A DNA stretch of 49,182 nucleotides. Origin: a virus. The notes below the pieces were generated by a model. It did not search any database. It was given only the letters and a program-made list of their open reading frames with translations, and was not told the DNA's origin. The stretch's first letter is position 1. Every line of letters starts with the position of its first letter. The stretch spans positions 1-49,182 of IMG/VR virus record IMGVR_UViG_3300009964_000008, one strand, 5' to 3'. Below, piece after piece: positions 11,962-21,075 of the stretch. The translations under genes and the position numbers were made by a program.

Positions 11962-12979
11962 TTGGACTGACCTTACTGCTGACTACAACCTGTGGATTCC
12001 TAACTTTGATACAGGGCGTGGTGGTAATGCCATCGACCGCATCATCATCCACCACAACGCTGGCAAGGCCATGTCACACCAAGGCGTGTACGGTGCCTTC
12101 AGCAACAACGGTACGTCTGCGCACTACAACGTGGACATTGACGGCTCGGTTGCTCAGTTCGTTCACGACTGGGATACTGCGTGGCACTGCCCAGGCGTGA
12201 ACAAGCTGTCGATTGGTATCGAGCACGCGAACTCGACGGGCGCTGAGGGTGGCTGGGATGTCGGTGAGACCACCATCGACGCGGGTGCGCACCTGACTGC
12301 TGCTCTGTGTCGTGCGTATGGTCTGGGCCGTCCGCAGTGGCGAGTCAATGTGTTCCCCCACAGCGACTTCTACTCCACGATGTGCCCAGCATCGTTGCGT
12401 GATACGTATGCAAACGAGTACATCGGGAAGGCCCAGCAGTATTACGACAACCTTGACGCTGACCTGTCTGCTAAGGAAGGCTGGGTGTCGCAGAATGGTG
12501 GATGGTGGTACCGCACTGAAGACGGTGGCTACGAGACTGGCTGGTTCCCCGTGGGCGATAAATGGTTCTATGCCAACGAGAAGGGCTGGTTGCAGTTCGG
12601 TTGGCAGCACGTCGATGGTCACTGGTATTTCCTGCATGATGTCCACGATGGGCGTTACGGTGAGATGGAGACCGGCTGGGTGAAGGTCGGTGAGCACTGG
12701 TTCTATCTGAACGACAAGGGCCAGATGCAGACCGGCTGGGTGCTCGACAAGGGCAAGTGGTACTTCCTTGAGGAAAACGGCGCTATGCGTACCGGCTGGC
12801 TGTCGTACAACGGCAACGACTACTTCCTCACCGAGACGGGCGCTATGGCTGTCGGCCTGTGCCAGACGCGACTTGATGGTGCTTGCTCGATTTTCGGTGA
12901 AGACGGCAAGCTGCTTGTCGGCAAGATGGTTGTCGAACAGGACGCTGACGGCATCGTGAAGCTGGTAGAATCTAAGTAA
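11954..12979 (+). CDS. Endolysin: N-acetylmuramoyl-L-alanine amidase (Amidase_2/PGRP) plus cell-wall-binding repeats
   Basis: IIIHHNAG...SAHYNVD...IGIEH...PHSDF..CP zinc-amidase pattern. About six GW-x-(D/N)-x-WYY(L/F)-type repeats follow (CW_binding_1-like). Confidence 0.9.
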   Translation: MISWTDLTADYNLWIPNFDTGRGGNAIDRIIIHHNAGKAMSHQGVYGAFSNNGTSAHYNVDIDGSVAQFVHDWDTAWHCPGVNKLSIGIEHANSTGAEGGWDVGETTIDAGAHLTAALCRAYGLGRPQWRVNVFPHSDFYSTMCPASLRDTYANEYIGKAQQYYDNLDADLSAKEGWVSQNGGWWYRTEDGGYETGWFPVGDKWFYANEKGWLQFGWQHVDGHWYFLHDVHDGRYGEMETGWVKVGEHWFYLNDKGQMQTGWVLDKGKWYFLEENGAMRTGWLSYNGNDYFLTETGAMAVGLCQTRLDGACSIFGEDGKLLVGKMVVEQDADGIVKLVESK

Positions 12980-13003
12980 CTTCGATTTAGGAGGAACGAG
13001 GAT

Positions 13004-13258
13004 ATGGCTAACGAAGTCCTGACTGTTGACCGCACAAAGTGGTACCTGTTGACCCCTGAGCGTCGCAAGGCACTGTACGCAGTGTTTGCGGCTATCGGAA
13101 TGGTTGGTGTCGCTTACGGTGGTTGGACCGCTGAGAACTGGGAGCAGTGGTCTCAGGTGATCGAACGAGTCCTGTCTGTGATCGGTTTCCTTATCGCAAC
13201 CGTTCATACTGGTGGTGTCTATACGGCACCTTCGTATGGCACTCCTGACGCTGAGTGA
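13004..13258 (+). CDS. Putative holin (two hydrophobic helices)
   Basis: Immediately after the endolysin, RBS AGGAGGA, 84 aa with two hydrophobic segments. Confidence 0.55.
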   Translation: MANEVLTVDRTKWYLLTPERRKALYAVFAAIGMVGVAYGGWTAENWEQWSQVIERVLSVIGFLIATVHTGGVYTAPSYGTPDAE

Positions 13259-13269
13259 CATAACAATTG

Positions 13270-13303
13270 AAAACCCCCTTGCTGGTGTCAGTGAGGGGGT
13301 TTT
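13270..13303 (+). terminator. Rho-independent terminator
   Basis: AAAACCCCCT(13270-13279)...AGGGGGTTTT(13294-13303). Confidence 0.8.
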
Positions 13304-13306
13304 CGC

Positions 13307-13312
13307 TATAAT
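13307..13312 (+). promoter_or_regulatory. -10 box TATAAT placed 6 nt before the ATG (leaderless-type start)
   Basis: TATAAT at 13307-13312 and ATG at 13319, with no RBS between them. Confidence 0.45.
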
Positions 13313-13318
13313 GGCCTC

Positions 13319-13783
13319 ATGAAGAAGTTGCTGAGATCAATGAGCGAGCCGAGGTCGGTAACTGCCGTGATGGTAGTTATCTACACAGCTATCGCAATTA
13401 CGGGTATTGGGTTCTTGACGAGTGCTGTGGAACTTCCGTGGGTTGTTATTCTCGCGGGTGTACTTATGCTCGTCTCTGGTGTTTTGGGCGCGCCTTCAGC
13501 ATGGTTGGGTTCCTGGTGGTTGGAAGGCCCCGCTGCGCTTGTCGCTGTCGTGGGCATCATGTTGGTGTCAATTAACGAGTTTGTGCTGACCACGGCACAT
13601 GTTCGCTGGCCGCTCCATGTTATTATTTTGTCAGTAATCATTGCATTGTTCTTCTTGGGGCGTGCTCTGCGTGTGTGGCCATACTCGTATCGGCCTGGGG
13701 TTCTGCCGAAGAGCAAGCTAGAGAAGGCTGAGGAACGGTACCATCAGACAAGGCAGGAATACTTGTCAACCGTTAGTGAGTAA
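13319..13783 (+). CDS. Membrane protein (about four hydrophobic helices)
   Basis: Four hydrophobic stretches followed by a charged C-terminal helix. Confidence 0.7.
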   Translation: MKKLLRSMSEPRSVTAVMVVIYTAIAITGIGFLTSAVELPWVVILAGVLMLVSGVLGAPSAWLGSWWLEGPAALVAVVGIMLVSINEFVLTTAHVRWPLHVIILSVIIALFFLGRALRVWPYSYRPGVLPKSKLEKAEERYHQTRQEYLSTVSE

Positions 13784-13797
13784 CAAGGAGTTAGAGT

Positions 13798-14040
13798 ATG
13801 AACACGGCATTGGTGGGCCTCGTTTGCTCTGCCGTAACCCTTGTTATCAAGGCTATTGTTGATCTGTGCATTGATCGTTACAAGAAGGCTCAAGAGATTC
13901 AAGAAGCTCGTGATGATCTTGAAGCTGATTTGCGTACGCAAGCGTTCCTGTGGAAGGAGCACGCTTATGCGGTGCGTGTTGCGGCTGTTCAGGCCGGTGT
14001 GAAGGTAGAAGACTTGCCTTCCGTTCCAAAGGAGGACTAA
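13798..14040 (+). CDS. Membrane-anchored protein (N-terminal TM, lysis-cassette associated)
   Basis: RBS AAGGAG. N-terminal hydrophobic helix followed by a charged coil. Confidence 0.65.
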   Translation: MNTALVGLVCSAVTLVIKAIVDLCIDRYKKAQEIQEARDDLEADLRTQAFLWKEHAYAVRVAAVQAGVKVEDLPSVPKED

Positions 14041-14192
14041 TGCTAATCGCCTGGTTTTTAGTTGGTCTCGCCGCTGGCTTAATTGCCAGTGCTGCTTGTA
14101 CTTACGTGTACTTGGACAACAAGTTTCAGAAGGCTGTGAAGGAGGTGCTTGGTGGTATCCAAGACGAACTCGCGCGATTTGCTGACGAGTGA
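14040..14192 (+). CDS. Small single-TM protein (50 aa)
   Basis: TAATG coupling and RBS AAGGAGGA. Reads MLIAWFLVGLAAGLIASAACTYVY... Confidence 0.55.
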   Translation: MLIAWFLVGLAAGLIASAACTYVYLDNKFQKAVKEVLGGIQDELARFADE

Positions 14193-14220
14193 TGACCCGG
14201 AGCTGCGCGGCAAGCGCGAC

Positions 14221-14736
14221 ATGGCTTTGTCGCTAATGAAGCGTGGCACTGAGCGAAACAAAATAGCCCAGGCGACGGGCTTCACGTCTGAAGAACTGTT
14301 CGTCATTGAGCAGTCGTACTACGACAGCCGACAGGAGTTGTCGCCTCGCAATATGCGCATCAAGCAGCTTGATCGTCTTGATGCGCTTGTTGACATGGCC
14401 TACAGCCAGATCGAGATGTTTGGTCTGGCTGACGAGAAGGGTAACTGGGGCCAGAATCTTCAGGCTGTTCTTGCTGTTCTGCGTGAAATCTCCGAGGTTG
14501 CGAACCTGAAGCGTCAGACGGTGACTCACGAGATTCGTGTGATCGAAGAGAAGCAAGTGAACATCATGATGTCGTTCACTAATCAAGTGCTCGAAGAGTA
14601 CACGGCACTCATGTATCCGCACCTGTCGGCTAAGGCTAAGAAGGCTTTGGAGACGAACAAGGCTGACTGGTTCTCTCAAGCTGTGTCGAAACCTGCGGCT
14701 CTTCTTGAGGCGACTGTGGAAGTTGAGGGTGACTGA
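14221..14736 (+). CDS. Putative terminase small subunit
   Basis: Lies directly upstream of and overlaps the large terminase gene. HTH-like RNKIAQATGFTSEELFVIEQ. Start uncertain (GTG 14149 or ATG 14221). Confidence 0.55.
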   Translation: MALSLMKRGTERNKIAQATGFTSEELFVIEQSYYDSRQELSPRNMRIKQLDRLDALVDMAYSQIEMFGLADEKGNWGQNLQAVLAVLREISEVANLKRQTVTHEIRVIEEKQVNIMMSFTNQVLEEYTALMYPHLSAKAKKALETNKADWFSQAVSKPAALLEATVEVEGD

Positions 14737-16244
14737 TGCTGCCTTTCGGTGCTGTCGCTAAGAAGTTTTCTGATGCCCAGCGTCTTGAAGTGTGGCGTAA
14801 TAACCCTGCCAAGTGGGCTGAGGACCACGGCCTGTTCATGTGGTCTAAGCAGCGTGAAGTTTCACAGTCTGTAGTCGATCACCAGAAAACCCTTGTGGTT
14901 ACTGGCAATGGCGTGGGAAAATCACGTTTGTCAGCTACCCTTGTCAACTGGTGGGTAGACACTCATCCTGTCGATGATACGACAGTCGTCACGACGGCGA
15001 CAAACTGGAAACAGGTCCGCAACGTCCTGTGGAAAGAAATACCCCGTGTCAAGGCTGACGCTGGCATTGGTGGCAAGGTTAACGCCGATGCAACGTGGAA
15101 GATGGGAGATCGACAAGACCCTATCGCTTTCGGTATGAAGCCGGACGATAAGGACGAGTCGGGCTTTCAGGGTGTCCACGACCAGTACGTCTTAGTGATT
15201 ATGGATGAGGCTGGCGGTATCTCCAAGGAAATCTTCACCGCTGCGGACGCAATCACGACAAATAAGTACGCTCGCATCTTGGCTATCGCTAACCCTAACG
15301 ACCCGTCGTGTTACATGGCCGAGGTTTACAAGCGGGAAATGCGCCTGAAGCCAGAAGAGCGCTCCTGGAACATCATCCAGTTCGGTGCATATGACACACC
15401 TAATTTCACGGGTGAAGTCGTACCTATCGAGGTTGCGACTCGTCTTGTGCAGGTTGACTGGGTTGAGGCACGTAAGAAGGAATGGGGCGAGGATGACCCT
15501 CGTTTCGTGGCGCGTGTCCTCGGTGAGTTCCCCGACGTGTCCGATGATGGTTTGTTCAACATGGGCCGCGTCATGCAGTCGATGGAGGCATACGACACTT
15601 CTGAGCCTGATGAGGGGATGCCGATTGTTCTCGGTGTTGACGTTGCCCGTTATGGTTCCGACAGCTCAGTGATCGTATCTAACCAAGGTGGGTACATCCG
15701 TATTCATGGGCGTTACCAGGGATTGAATGGTCCTGAGCTGGCTCGTAAGGTTGGTGAGCTGGCAGTCGAACTCGGGGCTGTCGAGATTCGTATTGACGCT
15801 ATTGGTGTCGGCGCATCCGTTCTCGACAGTATCTACAACTTCGTGCCTGCTGACATTTCTGTCATTGGTATTCACGGTAACGCAAAGTCTGGGGATAGCA
15901 CGAAGTGGTACAACTATCGTGCTGCTATGTACGATCAGTTCGCTAAGGCTGTCGCTGATGGTCGTGTCTTCCTGCCGGATGATGATGAGCTGCATAACGA
16001 GATTGCTTCGATTAAGTACGAGTATCGTGGGTCAGCAATGCTTATCGAATCGAAGGAGAATATGCGTAAGCGTGGCATTAAGTCGCCTGACGTTCTTGAT
16101 GCTGTCATTTATGCGTACCAGAATATTGGGGCGATTATGGCTGGTGATTCGGAAGGTCAGTATTATTCGCCGGATGATCTGCTTGAAGAAGATGACCTCT
16201 TGGACTCCATGTTCGAGGAAGAGTTGTCTGTATTTTTAGCATGA
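14736..16244 (+). CDS. Terminase large subunit
   Basis: Walker A TGNGVGKS, Walker B VLVIMDEAG, C-terminal nuclease-type acidic residues, and position before the portal gene. Confidence 0.85.
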   Translation: MLPFGAVAKKFSDAQRLEVWRNNPAKWAEDHGLFMWSKQREVSQSVVDHQKTLVVTGNGVGKSRLSATLVNWWVDTHPVDDTTVVTTATNWKQVRNVLWKEIPRVKADAGIGGKVNADATWKMGDRQDPIAFGMKPDDKDESGFQGVHDQYVLVIMDEAGGISKEIFTAADAITTNKYARILAIANPNDPSCYMAEVYKREMRLKPEERSWNIIQFGAYDTPNFTGEVVPIEVATRLVQVDWVEARKKEWGEDDPRFVARVLGEFPDVSDDGLFNMGRVMQSMEAYDTSEPDEGMPIVLGVDVARYGSDSSVIVSNQGGYIRIHGRYQGLNGPELARKVGELAVELGAVEIRIDAIGVGASVLDSIYNFVPADISVIGIHGNAKSGDSTKWYNYRAAMYDQFAKAVADGRVFLPDDDELHNEIASIKYEYRGSAMLIESKENMRKRGIKSPDVLDAVIYAYQNIGAIMAGDSEGQYYSPDDLLEEDDLLDSMFEEELSVFLA

Positions 16245-16257
16245 TAGGATAATTTAC

Positions 16258-17610
16258 ATGAAGTATGAGCAGACATTTCAAGAAGCGCTGGGTGCGTTTT
16301 CTGATTCCCTAGCGCGTCTCAAGCGTGAAGATGTGGGCTGGTTGCCTTTGTCTGCTGTCGAAGGCCCTGATTCTCTGATTACTCTTGACGTGATTAGAGA
16401 CCATTCGGCCCGTGCGCGTCGTTTGGCTACTCTTAACCCTATTGTGAAGCGTGGCCTGGTTGTGCGTAACGCGTACATGTGGGGCGACCCTGTTGTCTAC
16501 AAGGGTTCTACTGGTCCTTCTCGTAAGGTAATCGAAGAGAACACGAAGGCTTGTTTCAGTGTGCAGGCGCGTGTTCGTGATGAGCAGTCTTTCAACACGG
16601 ACGGTTGCGTCATCTACTTGATCGACAAGGCAACGAAGACTGTTACACCTGTTCCGTTGATGCGCCTTGCGGGTGTGGCAACTGATGACGCGACGGGTGA
16701 TGTCGTTGCTGTGCTCATTAACCCCGTCGTGAGTGGCGAGCCTCAGTGGTACATGCTGTGGGACCGAGTGGGCGTGAAGATCACCAAGTCTAACTACAAG
16801 GTGAACAAGCGTTTGACTGCCGTGTACGCGACAGTGAACCGTCTTGCTGCTGAACAGTACGGCAAGCCTGATCTCATGAGTGCTATGTCGTATGCGCAGA
16901 AGTACAAGGAACATCTTGAGGTCGCGCACCTCATGGAGAAGTCCTTGGCAAAGCTGGCCTTTAAGGCGACGAGCGTTAACTCTAAGCAGCAGCAAGCTGT
17001 TCAGCAGCGTATGGCTGGTCCGGGTGTCGGTGCCACGGCGAACATTGGGGCTGGGCAGGACATTCAGGCGATCAACAAGGCCGGTGCAGGTATTGATTTC
17101 TCGGCTGGTACGCCTCTTGCGGCTATGGTGTCGGCCGCTCTCGACATCCCCTTGTCGGTGTTGCTGACTGATGGTTCTGCGGGTGGACGACAGGGCGCTG
17201 AGACTGCGCTGGAAGACCCGACGTTTAAGGCGTTGGAGTTGCGTCGTCAACTGCATATCGACATGTTGAATGAGATTACGCTGGCTCTCGGCATTAAGGT
17301 GTCGATTGAGTACGGTTCGATCAACAATGACCAGACGCACCGCCGTATTCAGTCTTTGACGCTCGCGTATCAGAATGGTGCTTTGCATCAGATTGAGATG
17401 CGTTCGGGTGTGTTGCAGCTCTTGAAGATTGCTGGTTCTTTGCCGTTGGAAGACTTGCCTGCCCTACCCGATGAGGGTGAGAATGAGGATGAGGGCGAGG
17501 AAGATTCGACAACGACAAAGAGTGATGATGCTGAAGACGGGCGCGCAACGGGTGTTGGGCCAATGTCTGATGGAACGAACGACAACCGGGATAGGGGGAC
17601 TGATGCTTAA
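16258..17610 (+). CDS. Portal protein
   Basis: 450 aa, immediately after the large terminase, with an acidic C-terminal tail. Confidence 0.75.
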   Translation: MKYEQTFQEALGAFSDSLARLKREDVGWLPLSAVEGPDSLITLDVIRDHSARARRLATLNPIVKRGLVVRNAYMWGDPVVYKGSTGPSRKVIEENTKACFSVQARVRDEQSFNTDGCVIYLIDKATKTVTPVPLMRLAGVATDDATGDVVAVLINPVVSGEPQWYMLWDRVGVKITKSNYKVNKRLTAVYATVNRLAAEQYGKPDLMSAMSYAQKYKEHLEVAHLMEKSLAKLAFKATSVNSKQQQAVQQRMAGPGVGATANIGAGQDIQAINKAGAGIDFSAGTPLAAMVSAALDIPLSVLLTDGSAGGRQGAETALEDPTFKALELRRQLHIDMLNEITLALGIKVSIEYGSINNDQTHRRIQSLTLAYQNGALHQIEMRSGVLQLLKIAGSLPLEDLPALPDEGENEDEGEEDSTTTKSDDAEDGRATGVGPMSDGTNDNRDRGTDA

Positions 17611-18475
17611 GTTGCATGAGTCAACTGCGGCTGTCGGTACTGAGTCTCTTGGTGAGGGTAAGTACCGCATCCGTATTATCGTGCCGGGCCAGGGTTCGAG
17701 TGGTATTTACACTGCTGAGAACTTGGCTGAGTCTGCGCCTTTGTTTAAGGCGGGCACGGAAATGTTTATCGACCACCCAACCGAGACTGAGGAATGGGAG
17801 CGCCCGGAGCGTTCTATTCGTGATTATGCTGGCGTGTTTTTGGAAGACGCGACGGTTGGTGAGGATGGGGCACTCTACACTGTGTGTAAGGTGTTTTCTG
17901 GGGTGAATGATCTAATCAAGGATAAGTGGGAGCATATTGGTGTTTCCATTAATGCTTGGTGCAACGAGCCAATTGCGGAAACAGGTGTTGTTCCTGTTTT
18001 TGCTGGCGTTAGGTCGGTTGACTTTGTTACCGCGCCTGGTGCGGGTGGTGGCATTGTTGATCTGCTAGAATCAAATAGGAACAACTCTATTACTAAGGAG
18101 GGAACTGTGGACGAAAAGCTGCTTGAGTCCAAGTTCGATGAGCTGAAGGGTGAGTTTGCTTCTCTTATTGAAGCTCTCGGCTCTAAGCTGGAATCTGCTG
18201 TGGCTTCTCTTCAGGAGGCCAAGGTGGAGGAACCTGCTGAGAAGGTCGAAGAGGCATCTGTCGATGTCGATTCCGTCCTTGAGGCCGGTAAGAAGATTGC
18301 CGAGTCGGGTCTGCCCGAGGTGGCTGTCGCCCGTGTTCGTGAGGCTGTGAAGAATGGTGCGGATGTCGAGTCCGCTCTTGAGGCCGAGCGCGCGTATCTC
18401 AAGGAGGCTACGGTCTCTACCGCTACCCCTGTTGTCGAAAAGAATGACAACACCTACGGAAAGATTGGTTGGTGA
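17603..18475 (+). CDS. Capsid scaffolding (possibly protease-scaffold) protein
   Basis: ATG at 17603 overlaps the portal stop. The C-terminal half is E/A/K-rich and coiled-coil-like. Lies between the portal and capsid genes. Confidence 0.55.
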   Translation: MLKLHESTAAVGTESLGEGKYRIRIIVPGQGSSGIYTAENLAESAPLFKAGTEMFIDHPTETEEWERPERSIRDYAGVFLEDATVGEDGALYTVCKVFSGVNDLIKDKWEHIGVSINAWCNEPIAETGVVPVFAGVRSVDFVTAPGAGGGIVDLLESNRNNSITKEGTVDEKLLESKFDELKGEFASLIEALGSKLESAVASLQEAKVEEPAEKVEEASVDVDSVLEAGKKIAESGLPEVAVARVREAVKNGADVESALEAERAYLKEATVSTATPVVEKNDNTYGKIGW

Positions 18476-18480
18476 GCATA

Positions 18481-18972
18481 ATGGCGGTTCAGCCTATTAG
18501 TGTTCCTGTTGTCAACGACAACCAGATTTTTGAGTACTCGAAGACTCTCTCCCTTCCTGTTGATGCCCAGCAGGCCCACCTTAACCCAGGCGACGTTGTT
18601 GTCATTAACAAGGATAACGGCATTGCTGGTATCCTTCAGTCGAAGGTTCGCCTTAAGACTACCGGCGTTACTGTGGACTCGACACCTCTTGCTGATGTTC
18701 TCACGGCCCCTACCTACGGGTTGAACGGCCCTGGCTACGCCTCTGTGCGTATCGCTGGTGGTGTGTTTGAGCTGGTCGGCAAGTCTGCTGCTGATGCTAA
18801 GGCCGGTGCGCCTGTGTATGCGAAGGCTGCGACGGGCCGTGGCACCAAGCCGGAGATTACGACCGTTAAGGCTGGTGCTGATGTTGTTATCGGCTGGCTG
18901 AAGGAGCCGCTTGCTGCGTCTGCCAACCCCCAGAAGATGCAGGTCGTTCTTGCACCTGCTAAGAACGCCTGA
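18481..18972 (+). CDS. Head decoration-like protein (DUF2190-like by pattern)
   Basis: Lies between the scaffold and major capsid genes. VRIAGGVFELVGKSAADAKAGAPVYA is typical of this family. Confidence 0.5.
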   Translation: MAVQPISVPVVNDNQIFEYSKTLSLPVDAQQAHLNPGDVVVINKDNGIAGILQSKVRLKTTGVTVDSTPLADVLTAPTYGLNGPGYASVRIAGGVFELVGKSAADAKAGAPVYAKAATGRGTKPEITTVKAGADVVIGWLKEPLAASANPQKMQVVLAPAKNA

Positions 18973-18987
18973 TAGGAGGCAACTAAA

Positions 18988-20130
18988 GTGCGTTTCAAGA
19001 ACCAGGAAGAGTTCAACGTCCAGTTGGGTGAGGCCCTTGCAGGCGACCGTCTCGCGCAGGCGCGCCTGAAGGAGGCTGTCACCTCTGATCAGCTGGCACC
19101 TATGTTCGTGAAGGCCGCGAACGTTCGTTTCCAGGAGTATTTTGATGCTCATGAGACGATTTGGGACAAGATTGCGACGAAGGAGCTGTTGACGGACTTC
19201 CGTCCTGCTTCGCTTCTGTCGCTGAAGCCTGACGCTACTACGGCTCCTATCGACAATGGTGGCTATCAGCACCCTGTGGGCACGCTGCCTCATGTGCCTG
19301 AGTTGACTCCTTACCCGACCATGTCCTACAGTGCCGATGGTGCGTTTATCACGACTGCCAAGCACGGTGCTCGCATCCAGTTCAGCTTCGAGTCGTTTAT
19401 TAATGACGAGTGGAACGTAATTAGTCGTTTCCCGAAGGATGCTGCTGCTCTTGCTGCGCGTACTGAGGACTTGCTGGTCCTCCTTCAGCTGTTCGACCCT
19501 GCTAAGAAGACTCTGCGCGGTGACGTGTTTAACGGTACCAACAAGACTGAGTTTAGTGTCGATGGTCTGCCTAGTGAGGTCACTGGCGGCGCTTCCGGCC
19601 TTGGTACCGCTGGTAAGAATAGCGAACTGTCGTTTGATGCGATTGTTGCTGCCCGGTTCCAGGCACTTGCTACCCTGCGTGACGGTCACTCGACTTATGT
19701 TCCCGAGGGTTTCGTGCTGGTCACTAACCCCGCTCTCGCTGAGGTTGCTAAGGGCTACACTCAGATTAACGAGATTCGTGTTCAGAACGGCAAGCGCACT
19801 GAGATCAAGGGCAACCCTCTGAAGGACTTGGAGGTCGTTACTTCTGATCTGATTTCTGTTGTTGGTGGCGAGAAGGCGTGGGTTCTTCTTCCGAAGGGTG
19901 GTCGTGCCAATGGTAAGACTGTCCTTGCGAAGACTGGTATGCTTGGTCGTGAGGCCCCAGAGCTTCGTATCCACAACAAGACTGGTCAGATGATCGGTGG
20001 CGGCGACGTTAATCCTTATGAGGGTTCGTTCGACAACGATGATGTCGAAGTCCGTATCCGACAGATCGCTGGTGCGGGTATCGTCCGCTACGATGGTGTC
20101 ATCGGTTCGACTGGTTATCCGACAATCTGA
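18988..20130 (+). CDS. Major capsid protein
   Basis: 380 aa, GTG with RBS GGAGG, followed by a strong hairpin. Position is typical of the module. Confidence 0.8.
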   Translation: MRFKNQEEFNVQLGEALAGDRLAQARLKEAVTSDQLAPMFVKAANVRFQEYFDAHETIWDKIATKELLTDFRPASLLSLKPDATTAPIDNGGYQHPVGTLPHVPELTPYPTMSYSADGAFITTAKHGARIQFSFESFINDEWNVISRFPKDAAALAARTEDLLVLLQLFDPAKKTLRGDVFNGTNKTEFSVDGLPSEVTGGASGLGTAGKNSELSFDAIVAARFQALATLRDGHSTYVPEGFVLVTNPALAEVAKGYTQINEIRVQNGKRTEIKGNPLKDLEVVTSDLISVVGGEKAWVLLPKGGRANGKTVLAKTGMLGREAPELRIHNKTGQMIGGGDVNPYEGSFDNDDVEVRIRQIAGAGIVRYDGVIGSTGYPTI

Positions 20131-20148
20131 TCAGTTAGCTGATTAAGT

Positions 20149-20183
20149 AAGACCCCTGTGGCCCCTTTGGTCACGGGGGTCTT
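20149..20183 (+). terminator. Stem-loop terminator after the capsid gene
   Basis: AAGACCCCTGTG...CACGGGGGTCTT, a 12-bp stem. Confidence 0.6.
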
Positions 20184-20191
20184 GCTATACT
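20184..20191 (+). promoter_or_regulatory. Extended -10 (TGC-TATACT) 6 nt before the ATG (leaderless-type start)
   Basis: TATACT at 20186-20191 and ATG at 20198, with no RBS. Confidence 0.4.
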
Positions 20192-20197
20192 GGTTTC

Positions 20198-20584
20198 ATG
20201 AGTGATATTGATTTTTCTTCGCCTATTGGGCAGGTGCGCGTTCTTATTCCTGATTTGCGTAAGTTGGAGGACTTGCGTGATTTGAGGAACGAGCCTCGCT
20301 ACTTGTTTACTGATGAAGAAATTGGTGCGCTTCTCGCTGTTAACGGTGGTAACGTGAAGCTGGCTGCTGCTGATGCGTGTGACGCTATTGGCATGGATAA
20401 GGCTTTGCAGCTGCTTGTCTTGAAAACTGACGACAAGCAGACGGACGGCGCTAAGCTGCTGGCTGCGATTGTCGGACGTGCTCGTCAGTTGCGTGCTCAA
20501 GCGAAGGAAGATGAAGTAAACAACCTTTGCTTTGATGTTGTGCAGCCAACGTTTGAGCCTGTGGATTGGGCGGTGAACTTCTAG
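20198..20584 (+). CDS. Head-tail connector/adaptor protein (by position)
   Basis: First gene after the capsid gene, 128 aa. Confidence 0.5.
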   Translation: MSDIDFSSPIGQVRVLIPDLRKLEDLRDLRNEPRYLFTDEEIGALLAVNGGNVKLAAADACDAIGMDKALQLLVLKTDDKQTDGAKLLAAIVGRARQLRAQAKEDEVNNLCFDVVQPTFEPVDWAVNF

Positions 20585-21075
20585 TGGGCTTGTCGATTGA
20601 CCCGAATATCCACCCTTTGTTCATGTATGCCTCGTATTATCCGTTGCAGTTGTTGGCTAATACGAAGGTGAGCATTTTCAAGGAGCCGGATACGGTGGCG
20701 TATGACTGGTCTGATGAGGCTGGTTTGTCGCTTGAGTATAACAATCCTGTGTGGAAGGGTTGGGCGAACATTACACCTAACGTTGACTGGCGTGCTCGTA
20801 ACCGTGAATGGGCTGGTACAGTCACAGGTGTTCATGCGTATCGTGTGCAGCTTTTGCATATCGACAAGAACGAGGTTTTTTCACGTGATTTGTGGGGCAA
20901 CCCGGATGCGCGTGTGTCGTTTGCTGAGGGTATGCGCGTCCAGGTAGAGGAAATGCCGACCGACGCTCGTGTTGCGGGGTTGAAGCTGGTTGTGCGTAAC
21001 GCTCAGGTTGATACGCTGAACTGGCAGGTGACTCTTTTGTGTGACGTGGCGACTGGGGAGACTGCTAATGGCTAG
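20584..21075 (+). CDS. Head-tail joining protein (by position)
   Basis: GTG in a TAGTG overlap; alternative TTG at 20566. Confidence 0.5.
   Translation: MGLSIDPNIHPLFMYASYYPLQLLANTKVSIFKEPDTVAYDWSDEAGLSLEYNNPVWKGWANITPNVDWRARNREWAGTVTGVHAYRVQLLHIDKNEVFSRDLWGNPDARVSFAEGMRVQVEEMPTDARVAGLKLVVRNAQVDTLNWQVTLLCDVATGETANG

Noticed and set aside
12074-13261. 395-aa ORF on the minus strand, antisense to the endolysin and holin genes
   Set aside because: It lies entirely inside well-supported + strand genes, has no RBS, and gives an Arg/His/Val-rich low-information translation. It is an antisense shadow ORF. The same applies to 16309..17388, 18454..19974, 23848..25092, 25306..26919 and 27736..29112 (minus strand). 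It also applies to 34932..35726, 35870..36787 and 38543..39229 (plus strand).
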